A DNA stretch of 64,000 nt from Scyliorhinus canicula (taxonomy: Eukaryota), in assembly GCF_902713615.1 (NCBI RefSeq), contig NC_052166.1, positions 11,496,531-11,560,530 on the forward strand, written 5' to 3'. The translations under genes and the position numbers were made by a program. Under the pieces are notes generated by a model. The model saw only the letters and a program-made list of their open reading frames with translations. It made no database searches and was not told the origin of the DNA. Below, piece by piece: positions 38,881 to 56,790 of this stretch (its first letter is position 1; every line of letters begins with the position of its first letter).

Positions 38881-41800
38881 CAATCTCGAGATTGAGCCCC
38901 GGTTTCCGGTTGCGGAACGTACCTACTGCTTTCTTTGGCATGCAGTCGTCCACACCTTTGCTGATGAAGTCTGTGACGGTGGTGGCATACTCACTTAAGT
39001 TGGTCGCTGAGTTCTTAAATATGGACTAGTCCACTGTCTCTAAGCAGTCACGTAAGAGCTCTTCTGTTTCCTCGGAACAGCACTGAATGACCTTCTTAGC
39101 TGGATTCTCCCGCTTGAGTTTCTGCTTATATGCCAGGAGGGCCCAGGGAGGGAACAGACCACGGGAATCAGCCCAACCTGCCTCAGGAAGCTCCTGCCCA
39201 CGATCCTGGAGCCCCGAATAACGGAGACCCCACACGTGGACCCGAATGTGCTGCAAGGTATTCACGTGCCCGCAGAATGCCGGGACCCATCCGGATCGCA
39301 AACATGCACCCCGAGCAACCCCTCTACCTCAAACAGCACCCGGGGCCCTGCCAGATGCGACCCGGAAATGTAAACAGCGCCCTGGTCGCCATCAGTGCCC
39401 TGGACCCCGCCAGACGCAACCACCTACCTTCCACAAGATCAGACTTCTCTCATCGGATCTCAGGATCACCCAGCCGCAACCGCCGACCGAGGAAGTGAGG
39501 GAAACGTGGCGGTCTCCAGTTTAGACTGAAGCACCGCGGTTTCAAGTCCCCTCTCCCCAGCATACTCCTGGCAAGCATCCAAGAAATTGAAAACAAGTTG
39601 GATGAACTTAACGCCAGACTTAGCTCTCAGCTGGAAGTAAGATATTGCTGTGTGCTCTGTTTCACAGAGACATGGCTCACCCCGGCCTCACTCGACTGTG
39701 CCATACAACCTGAAGGCTTCTTAATTCACCGGGCGGACCGCACCGCATCATCAGGCATAGCAAAGAATGGAGGGCTTTGCCTCCTCATCAAATCCTCCTG
39801 GTGCTTGAATGTGGCGACCCTGACGACCTACTGCTCCCCGGACCTGCAATACCTGACTGTGAAGTGCCTCCCACACTATCTTCCACGTGAGTTCACTTCA
39901 GCCATTATCACAGTGGTCTACATCCCTCCCCAGGCAGAAGTGAGGAAAGCGCTGGACGAACTGTACAGTTATAAACAACTACGAACCAGAATACCTGGAG
40001 GCCTTGTTCATCGTGGCTGGAGACCTCAGCAAGGCCAAGCTCAAGAGCGCACTGCCAAAATTCCACCAGCACATCTCCTGTCCCACCAGGGCAACAACAC
40101 TCTTGGCCACTGCTACTCAAACATCAAGGGTGCCTACCGTTCCATCCCCCGACTGCACTTTTGGAAATCAGACCATAAGACAGTGCCCCTTCTCCCGGCA
40201 TACAAGCAGAAACTCGAGTGGGAGAATCCAGCAAAGAAGGTTGTGAAGTGCTGGTCCAAGGAAACTGAAGAGCTCTTATGTGACTGCTTAGAGACAGCAG
40301 ACTTTTCCATATTTAAGAACTCAGCGACCAACTTAAATGAATATGCCACCACCGTCACAGACTTCATCAGCAAATGTGTGGAAGACTGCGTGCCAAAGAA
40401 AGCAGTACGTACGTACCCCATCCGGAAATTATAGCTCAATCGCGAGATTGACTCCCTACTGAAGGACCGATGTGAGGCATTCAAGTCAGACGACCCTGAC
40501 CTATACAGTTACGACCTCCACAAAGCTATCCTAGATGCCAGGAGAGAATATCAAACCATGCTAGACTCTCGGCGATTGTGGCAAGAACTAGGCAACATAA
40601 CGGGCTACAAAGCAAAGACGAGCAGTATATCCAGCAGCAGCGCACCCCTCCCCAATGAACTCAACGCTTTCTATGCTCGGTTCGAGTAGGTAACCAACAA
40701 TCCACTGTCGAGCTCCCCAGCAGTCCATAACTCACCCAGATCGGCGTCCCTCGGAAGGCCATGGACCCGGACGGGATCCCTGGTCGTGCACTCAGAACCT
40801 GCACAGACCAGCTGGCAGAGGTGTTCGTGGACATCTTTAACCTGTCCCTACTCCCACCTGCTTCAAGAAGACACCATCATAGGATTGCCAAAGAGGAACC
40901 AGGCAGCGTGCCTCAATGACTACCATCCGGTGGCCCTGGCTTCAGTCAAAATGAAGTGCTTCGAGAGGTTGATCATGAATCGCATCACCTCCATACTCCC
41001 AGAACACCTTGACCACTGCAATTCGCATACTGTCGCAACTGGTCCACAGCAGACGTCATTTCCCTGGCCCTACGCTCATCCCTGGAGCATCTCGACAACA
41101 AGGACTCCTACATCAGACTCCTATTTATTGACTACAGCTCCGCCTTCACGACCATAATCCCAGCCAAGCTCATATCAAAGTTCACAAACCTAGGACTTGG
41201 CTCCCCACTCTGCAACTGATCCTCGATTTTCTGACCAGCAGACCACTATCAGTAAGAATGAACAACAACACCTCCTCCACAATAGTCCTCAATACCGGGG
41301 CCCCGCAAGGGTGCGTACTTAGCCCCCTACTCTACTTCCTGTACACACACGACTGCACGGCAAAATTTGGTTCCAACTCCATCTACAAGTTTGCTGACGA
41401 TACGACCATAGTCCCCGGATCTCGAATAACGACAGAGTCAGAATACAGGAGGGAGATAGAGAACCTAGTGGACAACAATCTCTCCCTCAATGCCAGCAAA
41501 ATTAAAGAGCTGGTCATTGACTTCAGGAAGCAAAGTGCTGTACACACCCCCGTCAGCATTAACGGGACCGAGGTGGAGGTGGTTTGCAGTTTCAAATTCC
41601 TAGGGGCAAACATCTCCAAAGATCTGTCCTGGTCCACCCACGCCGATGCTACCACCAAGAAAGCACAACAGCGCCTATACTTCCTCAGGAAAGTAAGGAA
41701 ATTCGGCGTGTGCACGTTAACCCTTACCAACTTTTAAAGATGCACCATAAAAAGCATCCAATCTGGCTGCATCACAGCCTGGTATGGCAACGGCTCAGCC

Positions 41801-42262
41801 CAGGACCTCAAGAAACTTCAGAGAGTCGTGAACACTACCCAGTCCATCACACGAACCCACCTCCCATCCATTGACCCCCATCTACACCTCCTACTGCCTG
41901 GGGAAAGCCGACAGCATAATCAAAGACCCCTCCCACAGGGCTTACTCACTCTTCCAACTTCTTCCATCCGCCAGGAGATACAGAGGTCTGAGAACACGCA
42001 CGAACAGACTCAAAAACAGCTTCTTCTCTGCTCTTACCAGACTCCTAAATGACCCTCTTACGGACAGACCTCATTGACCCTGTATGCTTCATCCGATGCC
42101 GGTGCTTATGTAGTTACATTGTATATCTTGTGTTGACCTATTACATATTTTATTTTATTTCCTTTTCTTCCCATGTACTGATTGATCTGCTGAGCTGCTC
42201 GCAGAAAAATACTTTTCACTGTACCTTGGTACACGTGACAATAAACAAATCCAATCCAATCC
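38881..42262 (+). mobile_element. Decayed Rex1/Babar-like LINE with an inverted 5' fragment
   Basis: Motifs LCFTETWL, VYIPPQA, GAPQGCVLSPLLY, KFADDTT and KKAQQRLYFLRK; (AATCC)n tail at 42248-42262. Segment 38881-39140 is an inverted copy of about 40193-40452. Many stops and frameshifts. Confidence 0.8.
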
Positions 42263-42629
42263 AGTATACGGGGAACAACCAAAATGGGGAGGTCTCACCC
42301 TCCACCTTTTGGGAAGTGCTAAAGGCTACAATTAGAGGGGAAATAATCACTTTCAAATCACAAAGAGATTGGGAGGAAAGGATTGGGTCGTGAGTCGCGT
42401 CGTGAGGTCACCTGTCTGCTCGCCCCTTTCCGTCACTGATACTCTTGATATCACGCCGTCCCCTCGGTCTATTGTTGCCAGGAATGATCTTCTCCAGTTT
42501 CCTTTGTGTTCAGTGGGTTTTGTAGGCTGCAATTTCCAATACATTGACTATGTTGGGTCCGATTGGGAGGAGAGCCACCTGATGTGCGTCCGCTCAGCAC
42601 ATCGCCGCCACCGAAAGTCTGTAAGACAT

Positions 42630-43140
42630 TAGTAAGGCCACACTTGGAAAACCGTGTACAGTTGAGGTCACCATATTACACGACCGAAATTATTTAACTA
42701 GAAAGCGTGCAAAAAAGATTTGCTGGGATGCGACCGGGACTTGATGGCTTGAGTTATAAGGAGAGGCTGGATAGACATGGACATTTTTCCCGGGAGCATA
42801 GTAGGCTTCGGGAATAAAAATATGAAATAATGAGGGTCATAGATAATGCACATAGTCAATATATTTTCTCAAAGGTAGGGGAGTCTAAAAATAGAGGGCA
42901 CAGATTTAGGGTGAGGGGGGGCAGAGATACAAAGGGCTCCAGAAAGGGCAACTCGTTCACAGAGGGTGGTGAGTGTTGGGAATGAGCTACCAGAGGCAGA
43001 TGCGGTACAATTCTGTCTTTTAAAACACATTTAGACAGTTATATGGGTAACATGGCTGGAGAGAGACATGGGCCAAATAGGTACAATTGGATTTGTTAAC
43101 TGGTAAAAACTGAGCGGGCCGAAGGACATTTTCCATGCTA
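42630..43140 (+). mobile_element. Old degraded CR1 3' fragment
   Basis: Degenerate LVRPHLE...FTRM region and a GGGCCGAAGG tail, which resumes at 44761. Confidence 0.7.
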
Positions 43141-44760
43141 TTAGAATAGATGGCATTGAGGTGCGTAGGGAAGAATTGTTGGCAATTCTGGACAAGGTAA
43201 AAATAGATAAGTCCCCGGGGCCTGATGGGATTTATCCTAGGATTCTCTGGGAAGCCAGGGAAGAGATTGCTGAGCCTTTGGCTTTGATTTTTATGTCATC
43301 ATTGGCTACAGGAATAGTGCCAGAGGACTGGAGGGTAGCAAATGTGGTCCCTTTGTTCAAGAAGGGGAGTAGAGATAACCCCGGTAACTATAGGCCGGTG
43401 AGCCTCACGTCTGTTGTGGGTAAAGTCTTGGAGAGGATTATAAGAGATACGATTTATAATCATCTAGATGGGAATAATATGATTAGGGATAGTCAGCATG
43501 GTTTTGTGAAGGGTAGGTCATGCCTCACAAACCATATCGGGTTCTTTGAGAAGGTGACTGAACAGGTAGACGAGGGTAGAGCAGTTGATGTGGTGTATAT
43601 GGATTTCAGTAAAGCGTTTGATAAGGTTCCCCACGGTCGGCTATTGCAGAAAATACGGAGGCTGGGGATTGAGGGTGATTTAGAGATGTGGATCAGAAGT
43701 TGGCTAGTTGAAAGAAGACAGAGAGTGGTAGTTGATGGGAAATGTTCAGAATGGAGTTCAGTACCACGAGTGGCGTACCACAAGGATCTGTTCTGGGGCC
43801 GTTGCTGTTTGTCATTTTTATAAATGACCTAGAGGAGGGCACAGAAGGTTGGGTGAGTAAATTTGCAGACGACACTAAAGTCGGTGGAGTTGTAGACAGT
43901 GTGGAAGGATGTTGCAGGTTACAGAGGGACATAGATAAGCTGCAGAGCTGGGCTGAGAGGTGGCAATTGGAGTTTAATGTAGAGAAGTGTGAGGTGATTC
44001 ACTTTGGAAAGAATAACAGGAAAGCGGAATATTTGGCTAATGGTAAAATTCTTGGCAGTGTGGATGAGCAGAGGGATCTCGGTGTCCATGTACACCCAGT
44101 TGCCACCCAGGTTGATAGGGTTGTGAAGAAGGCCTATGGTGTGTTGGCCTTTATTGGTAGAGGGATTGAGTTCCGGACCCATGAGGTCATGTTGCAGCTG
44201 TACAAAACTCTGGTACGGCCGCATTTGGAGTATTGCGTACAGTTCTGGTCGCCTCATTATAGTAAGGACGTGGAAGCTTTGGAATGGGTGCAGAGGAGAT
44301 TTACCAGGATGTTGCCTGGTATGGAGGGAAAATCTTATGAAGAAAGGCTGATGGACTTGAGGTTGTTTTCGTTAGAGAGAAGAAGGTTAAGAGGTGACTT
44401 AATAGAGGCATACAAAATGATCAGAGGGTTAGATAGGGTGGACAGTGAGAGCCTTCTCCCGCGGATGGAGGTGGCTAGCACGAGGGGACATAGCCTTAAA
44501 TTGAGGGGTAATAGATATAGGACAGATGTCAGAGGTAGATTTTTTACGCAAAGAGTGGTGAGGCCGTGGAATGCCCTACCTGCAACAGTAGTGAACTCGC
44601 CAACATTGAGGGCATTTAAAAGTTTATTGGATAAGCATATGGATGATAATGGCATAGTGTAGGTTAGATGGCCTTTAGTTTTTGACTTCCCATGTCGGTG
44701 CAACATCGTGGGCCGAAGGGCCTGTACTGCGCTGTATCGTTCTATGTTCTATGTTCTATG
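43141..44760 (+). mobile_element. 5'-truncated CR1 LINE (RT domain, frameshift near 43765)
   Basis: Motifs KSPGPDGI, NYRPVSLTS, DFSKAFDKV, GVPQGSVLGP and KFADDTK; (TTCTATG)3 tail. Confidence 0.93.
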
Positions 44761-45056
44761 TAACCTCCATGTCTCTGTGACTATTGGCCAAGTGCGGGAA
44801 AATGGGACCAGAATACATTGGTGGGCCTTTTTCGTGCGGTAGATGTCCATGATTTTATTCTGATGTAATTGATTGTGTCTGAAGGACAGGCTCTGATATA
44901 TTCTGAGTCAAAGGATTGTGCCTGATGGAAGGTGTCAGATAGATTCTGATTGAAAGGACGGTGTATTTTTGACGGAGGCTGATAGGTTCTGATTTAATGG
45001 ATGTTGTCTCATCGATGGGTCTAATTTTGTGATTCAATGGGTGGTGCCTGACATAT

Positions 45057-45381
45057 GGGTGGCACGGTAGCACAGTGGTTATTAGCACTGTTGATTCACA
45101 GCGCAAGGTCCCAGGTTCGATTCCCGGCTTGGGTCACTGTCTGTGAGGAGTCTGCATGTTCTCTGCATGAATTTCGTCCGGGTGCTCCGGATTCCTCCCA
45201 CAGTCCAAAGCTGTGCAGCTTCGGTGGATTGGCCATGCTAAATTTCCCGTAGTGTCCAAAAAGGTTAGGTGTGGGTTTCGTGGATAGGGTGGAGGTGTGT
45301 GATGAAGTAGGATATTTTTTCCAAGGGCCGGTGCAGATTCTATTGATCGAATGGCCACTCTGCATTGTAAATTCTATGATA
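45057..45381 (+). mobile_element. V-SINE, diverged
   Basis: tRNA head, V-domain and GTAAATTCTATGA tail. Confidence 0.85.
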
Positions 45382-45858
45382 TGGCTCTGATGGATTCTGA
45401 TATATTTGATGACACCTGAAGGGCGCCTTGTAGATTTTGCTCAAATAGATATTGCCTGATTGATGAGGTCTGAAAAGGTCTAGATTAATGGATTGTGTCT
45501 GTTGGATGGGCTCTAATATTTACTGGTTTACCAGATGGTGTCTGATGAATACACTCCGATACATAGTGATTTATTGATTTTAAAAATGGAATTCACATGT
45601 CAGCGAGTCAAATAGATAATGGTCGGACTGATCTGGTCTGGTCTGATATATCTGGTCTGACAGGCGACGCCTATTCAGGGGGAACTGGTTTTAACTGATC
45701 GGGACTAAATGTCGAGTCTCTGGTGGATGGGATTTCATTATCTGGACTCAGTGCGATGTTTTGGCGACTGACAGAAGAGGCCAGTCTCGCTTGTTGTCCG
45801 AAGCTCCTCTCATGGTCGACTGTGACCACCACATGGTTCCTCCTTGTACAGATTCCAA

Positions 45859-45978
45859 CCAATCAGCGGCGCGAACCGGCATTCCATTTTATGTTACCGT
45901 TTCCCCGAGCAACCGCGTCTCATTGTTCTTGCTGTCCAATCGGAACTCGTGTTTGCTTCACAGAATTCGGTATAAATA
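45859..45978 (+). promoter_or_regulatory. Tubulin copy 4 core promoter
   Basis: CCAAT at 45859 and 45936; TATAAATA at 45971-45978. Confidence 0.78.
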
Positions 45979-46035
45979 GCGCGAGCGGGAAGACACGCAA
46001 CACATTGAGAGGAGCTGTGAACATAACAGGAAATC

Positions 46036-50674
<4,639 letters not shown>

Positions 50675-52615
50675 GATTCATTAATTTACAAATTCCAATG
50701 GTTTAACTTTAATTAATATTGGTATTATAAAGTTTATTTAAGACAATAAAGTATTTAAAATTATTTTGGACTACTTTCGTTTGTTGTCTCCGCAAGTGAC
50801 AAGGGTTGAAAGTCGGGATCGAAAGGGAAATATTTGACGGTAGTTGAGTATCAATAGACACAGAAAATAGGTCAAGTCCAACAAGCTCCACAGGGCGCAG
50901 GCCGGGAGTCACCGAGAAATTCAATTATCAAAACACTGTCCTCTGGAATAGGTGGATCAAAGACATAATAGGTTTAGTTGATTTGTGCGTTATTTCGTGG
51001 CCGCTCATTGTTTGGGGTTACGAGCAAGAATTTGATTAGGTTTTGAAAGACCTGGTTATTCGTGATTTGTTAATGCTTGATTCGCATTTGGAACTTGCAG
51101 GGAAGTTTAACGTTTACAATCGTTTGCAATTACTTTATTTCGTTATCGCACTACTCAAATCATCGCAAAATGTGGACCCACTATATATACTGAATCCTGG
51201 GAGGCTGACCTCCCCCAGTACCACAGTCGATATTGATCAGAGCGAAACATTCAAGAATCATCGAATCACACAGCAAAAGTGACGCCTCGCCAATCGAGTC
51301 TGCACCGACACGGTAAAAACACCCGACCTACCTCATTCCATTTGCTAGCACTTGGTCCATAGCCTTGAATATTATGACGTGCCAAGGGCTCATCCCGAGA
51401 CTTTGTAATGTAGGTGAGGCAACCCACTTCTACCACCCGCCCATGCGCAACATTCCACACCGTCACCACCATCTGGGTAAAAAAATGTTTTCCTCACAAC
51501 CACCCCACCTCCCCATACATTCTGCCATTTAAAATGTGCCCCCTCGTGACTCTAACCCCTCAACTAAGGGAACAAAGGCTCTCTATCCTCCCTGGCAATG
51601 CCTCTCATAATATTTTACACGCGATCAGTCTTGTCTGCTCAAAGATAACCCAGGCCTATCTAACCTTTCTCCATAACTTAAATTTTCCAGATAAGATTCT
51701 GGCGAATCTTATACCAGTAACGTGACGACCATAATTGCAAACAGTGCTCCAGCTGTGGCCTCAGCAAAGTTCTATACAACTCCAACATGACTTATCTTCT
51801 TTTGTAATCCATGTCTCGATTGATAATGGCAAGTGTCCAGTATGTCTTTTTCAGTACTCCGTTCACCTGCTGTTCCACCTTCAGGGATCTATGGACACAT
51901 ACTGCAAGGTTCCGTTGTTCCTCACAACTATCTAGTGCCGTGTCATTCATTGAATGCGTCCTTATCAAATTACTCATTCCCACGGGTATTGCCTCAAACT
52001 GTTCAGGGTTAAATTCCATCTGCCACCTATCTGACCCTTCGACCATCCTGTCTATTTCTTCTTGTAGCCCAAGACAATCAACCTCACTGTTAATTATGCG
52101 ATCATTATTTGAGTCATCTGCAAACTTATTGATCTAATCGTCTATGTCATTTATACATATGACGAATAATAGGGGACCCAGCACAGATCCCTGTAGTAAG
52201 TCAAAGGACAGTGAATCCCAGTCACTAAAGCAGATGTCTGTCATCACGCATTGTCTCCCAGAACTAATCAATTTTTGAATCAACCTAATGAAATTACCCT
52301 GTATTCCACCTGCACTTTCCTTCTTTATAAATCTCCCATGTAGGACTGGTCAAAAGTTTGCTGAAATCCATGTAAACTACACCAAATGCACTACCCTCAT
52401 TTACACACCTGGTCACCTTCTCAAAACTTTCAGTCCCCTGTGTTAGGTATGACCTCCCTCTGAGCAAGCCATGCTGACTATCGCTGATGATAGCCATGAT
52501 GTGGAGATGCCTGCGTTGGACTGGGGTGAGCACAGTAAGACCCTACAACACCAGGTTAAAGTTCAACAGGTTTGTTTCAAATCGCTAGCTTTCGGAGCAC
52601 TGCTCCTTCCTCAGG

Positions 52616-52970
52616 AAATTTTTATCATAGAATTTGCAGTGCAGAAGGAGGCCATTCGGCCCATCGAGTCTGCTCCGGCTCTTGGAAAGAGCACCCTACC
52701 CAAGGTCAACACCGCCACCCTATCCCCATAACCCAGTAACCCCACCCAACACTAAAGGCAATTTTGGACATTAAGGGCAATTTATCATCGTCATTCCACC
52801 TAACCTGCACATCTTTGGACTGTGGGAGGAAACCGGAGCACCCGGAGGAAACCCACGCACACACGGGGAGGATGTGCAGGCTCTGCACAGTGTTGCCCAA
52901 GCCGGAATCGAACCTGGGACCCTGGAGCAGTGAAGCAAATGTGCTATCCACAATGCTACCATGCTGCCCA
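52616..52970 (-). mobile_element. V-SINE at the centre of the Penelope-like palindrome
   Basis: Full-length SINE in reverse complement. Confidence 0.88.
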
Positions 52971-52981
52971 AGCCAGTCCAA

Positions 52982-53020
52982 TTCACCTGAGGAAGAAGCA
53001 GTGCTCCGAAAGCTAGTGAT
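52982..53020 (+). ncRNA. Minimal hammerhead ribozyme motif (second copy, one stem II mismatch)
   Basis: TCAC-CTGAGGA-A-GAAGC-AGT-GCTCC-GAA-AGCT-A-GTGA. The opposite arm (minus strand, about 52583-52615) has a perfect stem II but has lost the 5' strand of stem I. Confidence 0.6.
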
Positions 53021-53199
53021 TTGAAACAAATCTGTTAGACTTTAAACTGGTGTTGTAAGACGTCTTACTGTATCCCTGATGAAACATTGCCTCTTAAGTA
53101 GAGATTGATTCTCTACTTCAGAATTTTCTTCAATGGTATCACTATAACTGACGTGAGAATCAGTGGGCTGTACTCTTCTTTGTCAGTGTTACCTTCCTT

Positions 53200-54432
53200 A
53201 CTGCCTCACTACACGCTTTGACGTCCTAAACATCGGCTACCTTAGTTGCTGGACTACAAGTCCAGTTCCTATTCCCTGCCAAATTAGTTTAAACCTCCCA
53301 AAGAGGACTAGAAAACTTCCCTCCCAGGATATTGGTGCCCCTCTGGTTCGGATACAACCCACCCTGCTTGTAAAGGTCCCACATTCCCCAAAATGCGCTC
53401 CAATTATCCAAATACCTGAAGCCCTCCCTCCTACACCATCCCTGCAGCCACCTGTTCAACTGCACTCTCTCCCTATTCCTAGCCTCGCTATCACGTGGCA
53501 CCAGCAACAAATCAGGAGCTGACAACTCTGTCCTGACTTTTAACTTCCAGTCTAACTCCCTAAACTCGTTTATTACATCTACATCCCTTTTCCTACCCAC
53601 GTCGTTGGTACTAATTTGCACCACAACTTCTGGCTGCTCCCCCTCCCCCTCCCCTTAAGGATCCTGAAGACACGATCCAAGACATCCCTGGCCCTGGCAC
53701 CCAGCAGGCAACATACCTTCTGGGAGTCTTGCTGGCGACCACAGAATCTCCTATCGATTCCCATAACCATTGAGTCCCCAACACCATTGCATTTCTATCC
53801 CCCCCCCCCTCTTCCCTTCTGAGCCCCAGAGCCAGACTCAGTGCCAGAGACCTGGCCGCTAGGGCCTTCCGCCGGTAGGTCTTCCCCCCCAAAAGTATCC
53901 AAAATGGTATACTTGTTTTGAAGGGGAGCGGCCACGAGGGATCCCTGCATTGTCTGCCTATTCGTTTTCTTTCCCCTTACTGAAACCCAGCTACTCATGT
54001 CCTGTACCTTGGGTGTGGATACCTCCCTGTAATTCGTCACTATTACCACCCTTTGCCTCCCGCATTATCCGCAGGTCATCCAGCTCCAGTTCCCTCACAC
54101 AGTCCCTGAGGAGCTGGAGTTGGGTGTACTTCCCGCAGGTATAGTCAGCGGGGACACCGGTGGTATCACTCACCACCCACACCCTAAAGGAGGAGCACGC
54201 AACTGCCCTAGCCTCCATCCCCTCTTACCTTACAGAGTATAGCTGCACTGAGGACCAACTGGAACTCCGCACTCCGACTCTGCTCCCAGTCAGCTGCAGT
54301 CTTTGTAAACATCCGGCTACCTTCATGCTATGAGGAACTGAAGGAAATGAAATGAAAGAAACACCTTACTCCCTACTCACGTAACTCCCTTAGTCACCAA
54401 ACTCTCACTATAGCACTCAAATTCAGCACTAT
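53200..54432 (-). mobile_element. Degraded CR1 5' part (ORF1)
   Basis: Homologous to ORF1 at 62547-63482 (MEARAVACSS...), with several frameshifts. Confidence 0.85.
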
Positions 54433-54481
54433 TGCCGAGGATTTTGGCAAAGGTTGGTATCATGCTTGGAGGGCCGAAGGG

Positions 54482-54614
54482 NNNNNNNNNNNNNNNNNNN
54501 NNNNNNNNNNNNNNNNNNNNNNNNNNNNNNNNNNNNNNNNNNNNNNNNNNNNNNNNNNNNNNNNNNNNNNNNNNNNNNNNNNNNNNNNNNNNNNNNNNNN
54601 NNNNNNNNNNNNNN
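54482..54614. other. Assembly gap (133 N)
   Basis: Run of N. Confidence 1.
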
Positions 54615-54835
54615 GCCCTTCGGCCCACGATGTTGTGCAGAACTTTTGCCCTAGGTTAATCATAGATTATCATAGAATTTTGGACACTAAGGGCAATTTA
54701 TCATGGCCAATCCATCCAACCTGGACTGTGGGAGGAAACACACGCACACACGGGGAGGATGTGCAGACTCCACACAGACAGTGATCCAAGCCGGAATCGA
54801 ACCTGGAACCCTACCGTGCTGTCCGTATTTTCTGG

Positions 54836-55007
54836 GCGAATTAAGCATTTTGACCAACTGCTTGCATCAAAATTCACTATTTTTTGCCAAACAGCCTTTT
54901 TTGGGAGAAAAGTGATTTTCTTGCGAATTAAGCATTTTGACCACCTGCTTGAATCAAAATTCACTATTTTTTGCCAAACCGTCTTTTTTGGGAGAAAAGT
55001 GAATTTC
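54836..55007. repeat. 2 x 87-bp tandem repeat
   Basis: GCGAATTAAGCATTTTGACC... starts at 54836 and 54923. Confidence 0.85.
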
Positions 55008-56790
55008 TCCCAGCCGGAATCGAACCTGGGACCCTGGACCCTGGAGCAATTATGCTATCCAAATGCTACCGTGCTGCCTTTAAGAACAAATTGCATATCA
55101 GAGACACGCAGTATCTGTTCCTTGAACAAGTTCCACATTTCACTAGTTTCCTTCCCTGACAACCTAAGTTCCCAACTTATGCACTTCAATTCCTGTCTGA
55201 CAGAATTGTATTTACCCTTCCCCCAATTGTAAACCTTGCCCTGTTGCATGCACCTATCCCTCTCCATTACTAAAGTGAAAGTCACAGAATTGTGGTCACT
55301 ACCTCCAATATGCTCCCCCACTAACAAATATATCACCTGCCCTGGTTCATTACCAAGTACCAAGACCAATATGGCCTCCCCTCTGGTCGAACAATCTACA
55401 TACTGTGTTAGAAAAGCTTCCTGGACACACTGCAAAAACACCACCCCACCCAAACTATTTGATCTAAAGAGTTTCCACTCAATGTTTGGGAAGTTGAAGT
55501 CACCCATGACTACTACCCTGTGACTTCTGCACCTTTCCAAAATCTGTTTCCCAATCTGTTCCTCCACATCTCTGCTGCTATTGGGGGGCCTATTGAAAGT
55601 TGCCAACAAGGTGACTGCTCCTTTCCTATTTCGGTTTCAACCCATACTACCTCAGTAGGCAGATCCTCCTCTGCCTTTCTGCAGCTGTTATACTATCTCT
55701 AATTAATAATGCCACCCCCCCCCCCCCCACCTATTTTACCATCCTCCCTAATCTTGTTGAAACACCTATAACCAGGGACCTCCAACAACCATTTCTGCCC
55801 CTCTTCCATCCAAGTTTCCGTGATGGCCACCACATCGTAGTCCCAAGTACCGATCCATGCCTTAAGTTCACCCACCTTATTCCTGATGCTTCTTGTGTTG
55901 AAGTATACACACTTCAACGCATCTTCTTGGCTGCAAGTACTCTCCTTTGTCAGTGTTACCTGCCCCACTGTGTCACTAGGTGCTTTGGCGTCCTGAATAT
56001 CGGCTTCCTTAGTTGCTGGACTACAAATCTGGTTCCCATTCCCCTGCCAAATTAGTTTAAATCCTCCCGAGGACGACTAGAAAACATCCCTCCCAGGATA
56101 TTGGTGCCCCTCTGGTTCAGATGCAACCCGTCCTGCTTGTACAGGCCCCACCTTCCACAGAATGCACTCTAATTATCCAAATACCTGAAGCCCTCCCTCC
56201 TACGCCATTCCTGCAGCCACATGTTCAACTGTACTCTCTCCCTATTACTAGCCTCGCTATCACGCGGCACAGGCAACAAACCAGAGATGGCAACTCTGTC
56301 TGTCCTGGCCTTTAACTTCCAGCCTAACTCCCTAAACTTGTTTATTACCTCCACACCCCTTTTCCTACCTACGTCATTGGTACCATTGTGCACCCCCCCC
56401 CCCCCCCCCCTTCAGGATCCTGAAGGCCCGATCACAGACATCCCTGGCCCTGGCACCCGGGAGGCAACATACCTTCAGGGAGTCTCGTTTGCGACCACAG
56501 AATCTCCTATCTATTCCCCTAATCATTGAATCTCCTATTACTATTGCTTTTCTATTCTCCTCCCTTCCCGCCTGAGCCCCAGAGCCAGACTCAGTGCCAG
56601 AGGCCTGGCAGCTAGGGCCTTCTCCCGGTAGGTCACCCCCCCCCCCCAAAAGCATCCAAAACGGTTTACTTGTTTTGAAGGGGAACGGCCACGAGGGATC
56701 CCTGCACTGTCTGCCTGTTAGTTTTCTTTCCCCTGACTGTAACCCAGCTACTCTTGTCCAGTACGGCAACAAACCAGAGATGGCAACTCT

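Larger units (their letters stand above)
52491..53070 (-). mobile_element. Second Penelope-like palindromic element, split at its centre by a V-SINE
   Basis: Same family as 28210-28418, in the opposite orientation. Arms at about 52533-52615 and 52983-53070. Near-perfect 12-bp TSD TATC(G/C)CTGATGA at 52479-52490 and 53071-53082. Inserted in an old CR1. Confidence 0.75.
51270..53200 (-). mobile_element. Old degraded CR1 (host of the second Penelope-like insertion)
   Basis: Remnant motifs WQMEFNPEQ, SQHGLLRGRSYLT and VVYMDFSK. Confidence 0.75.
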
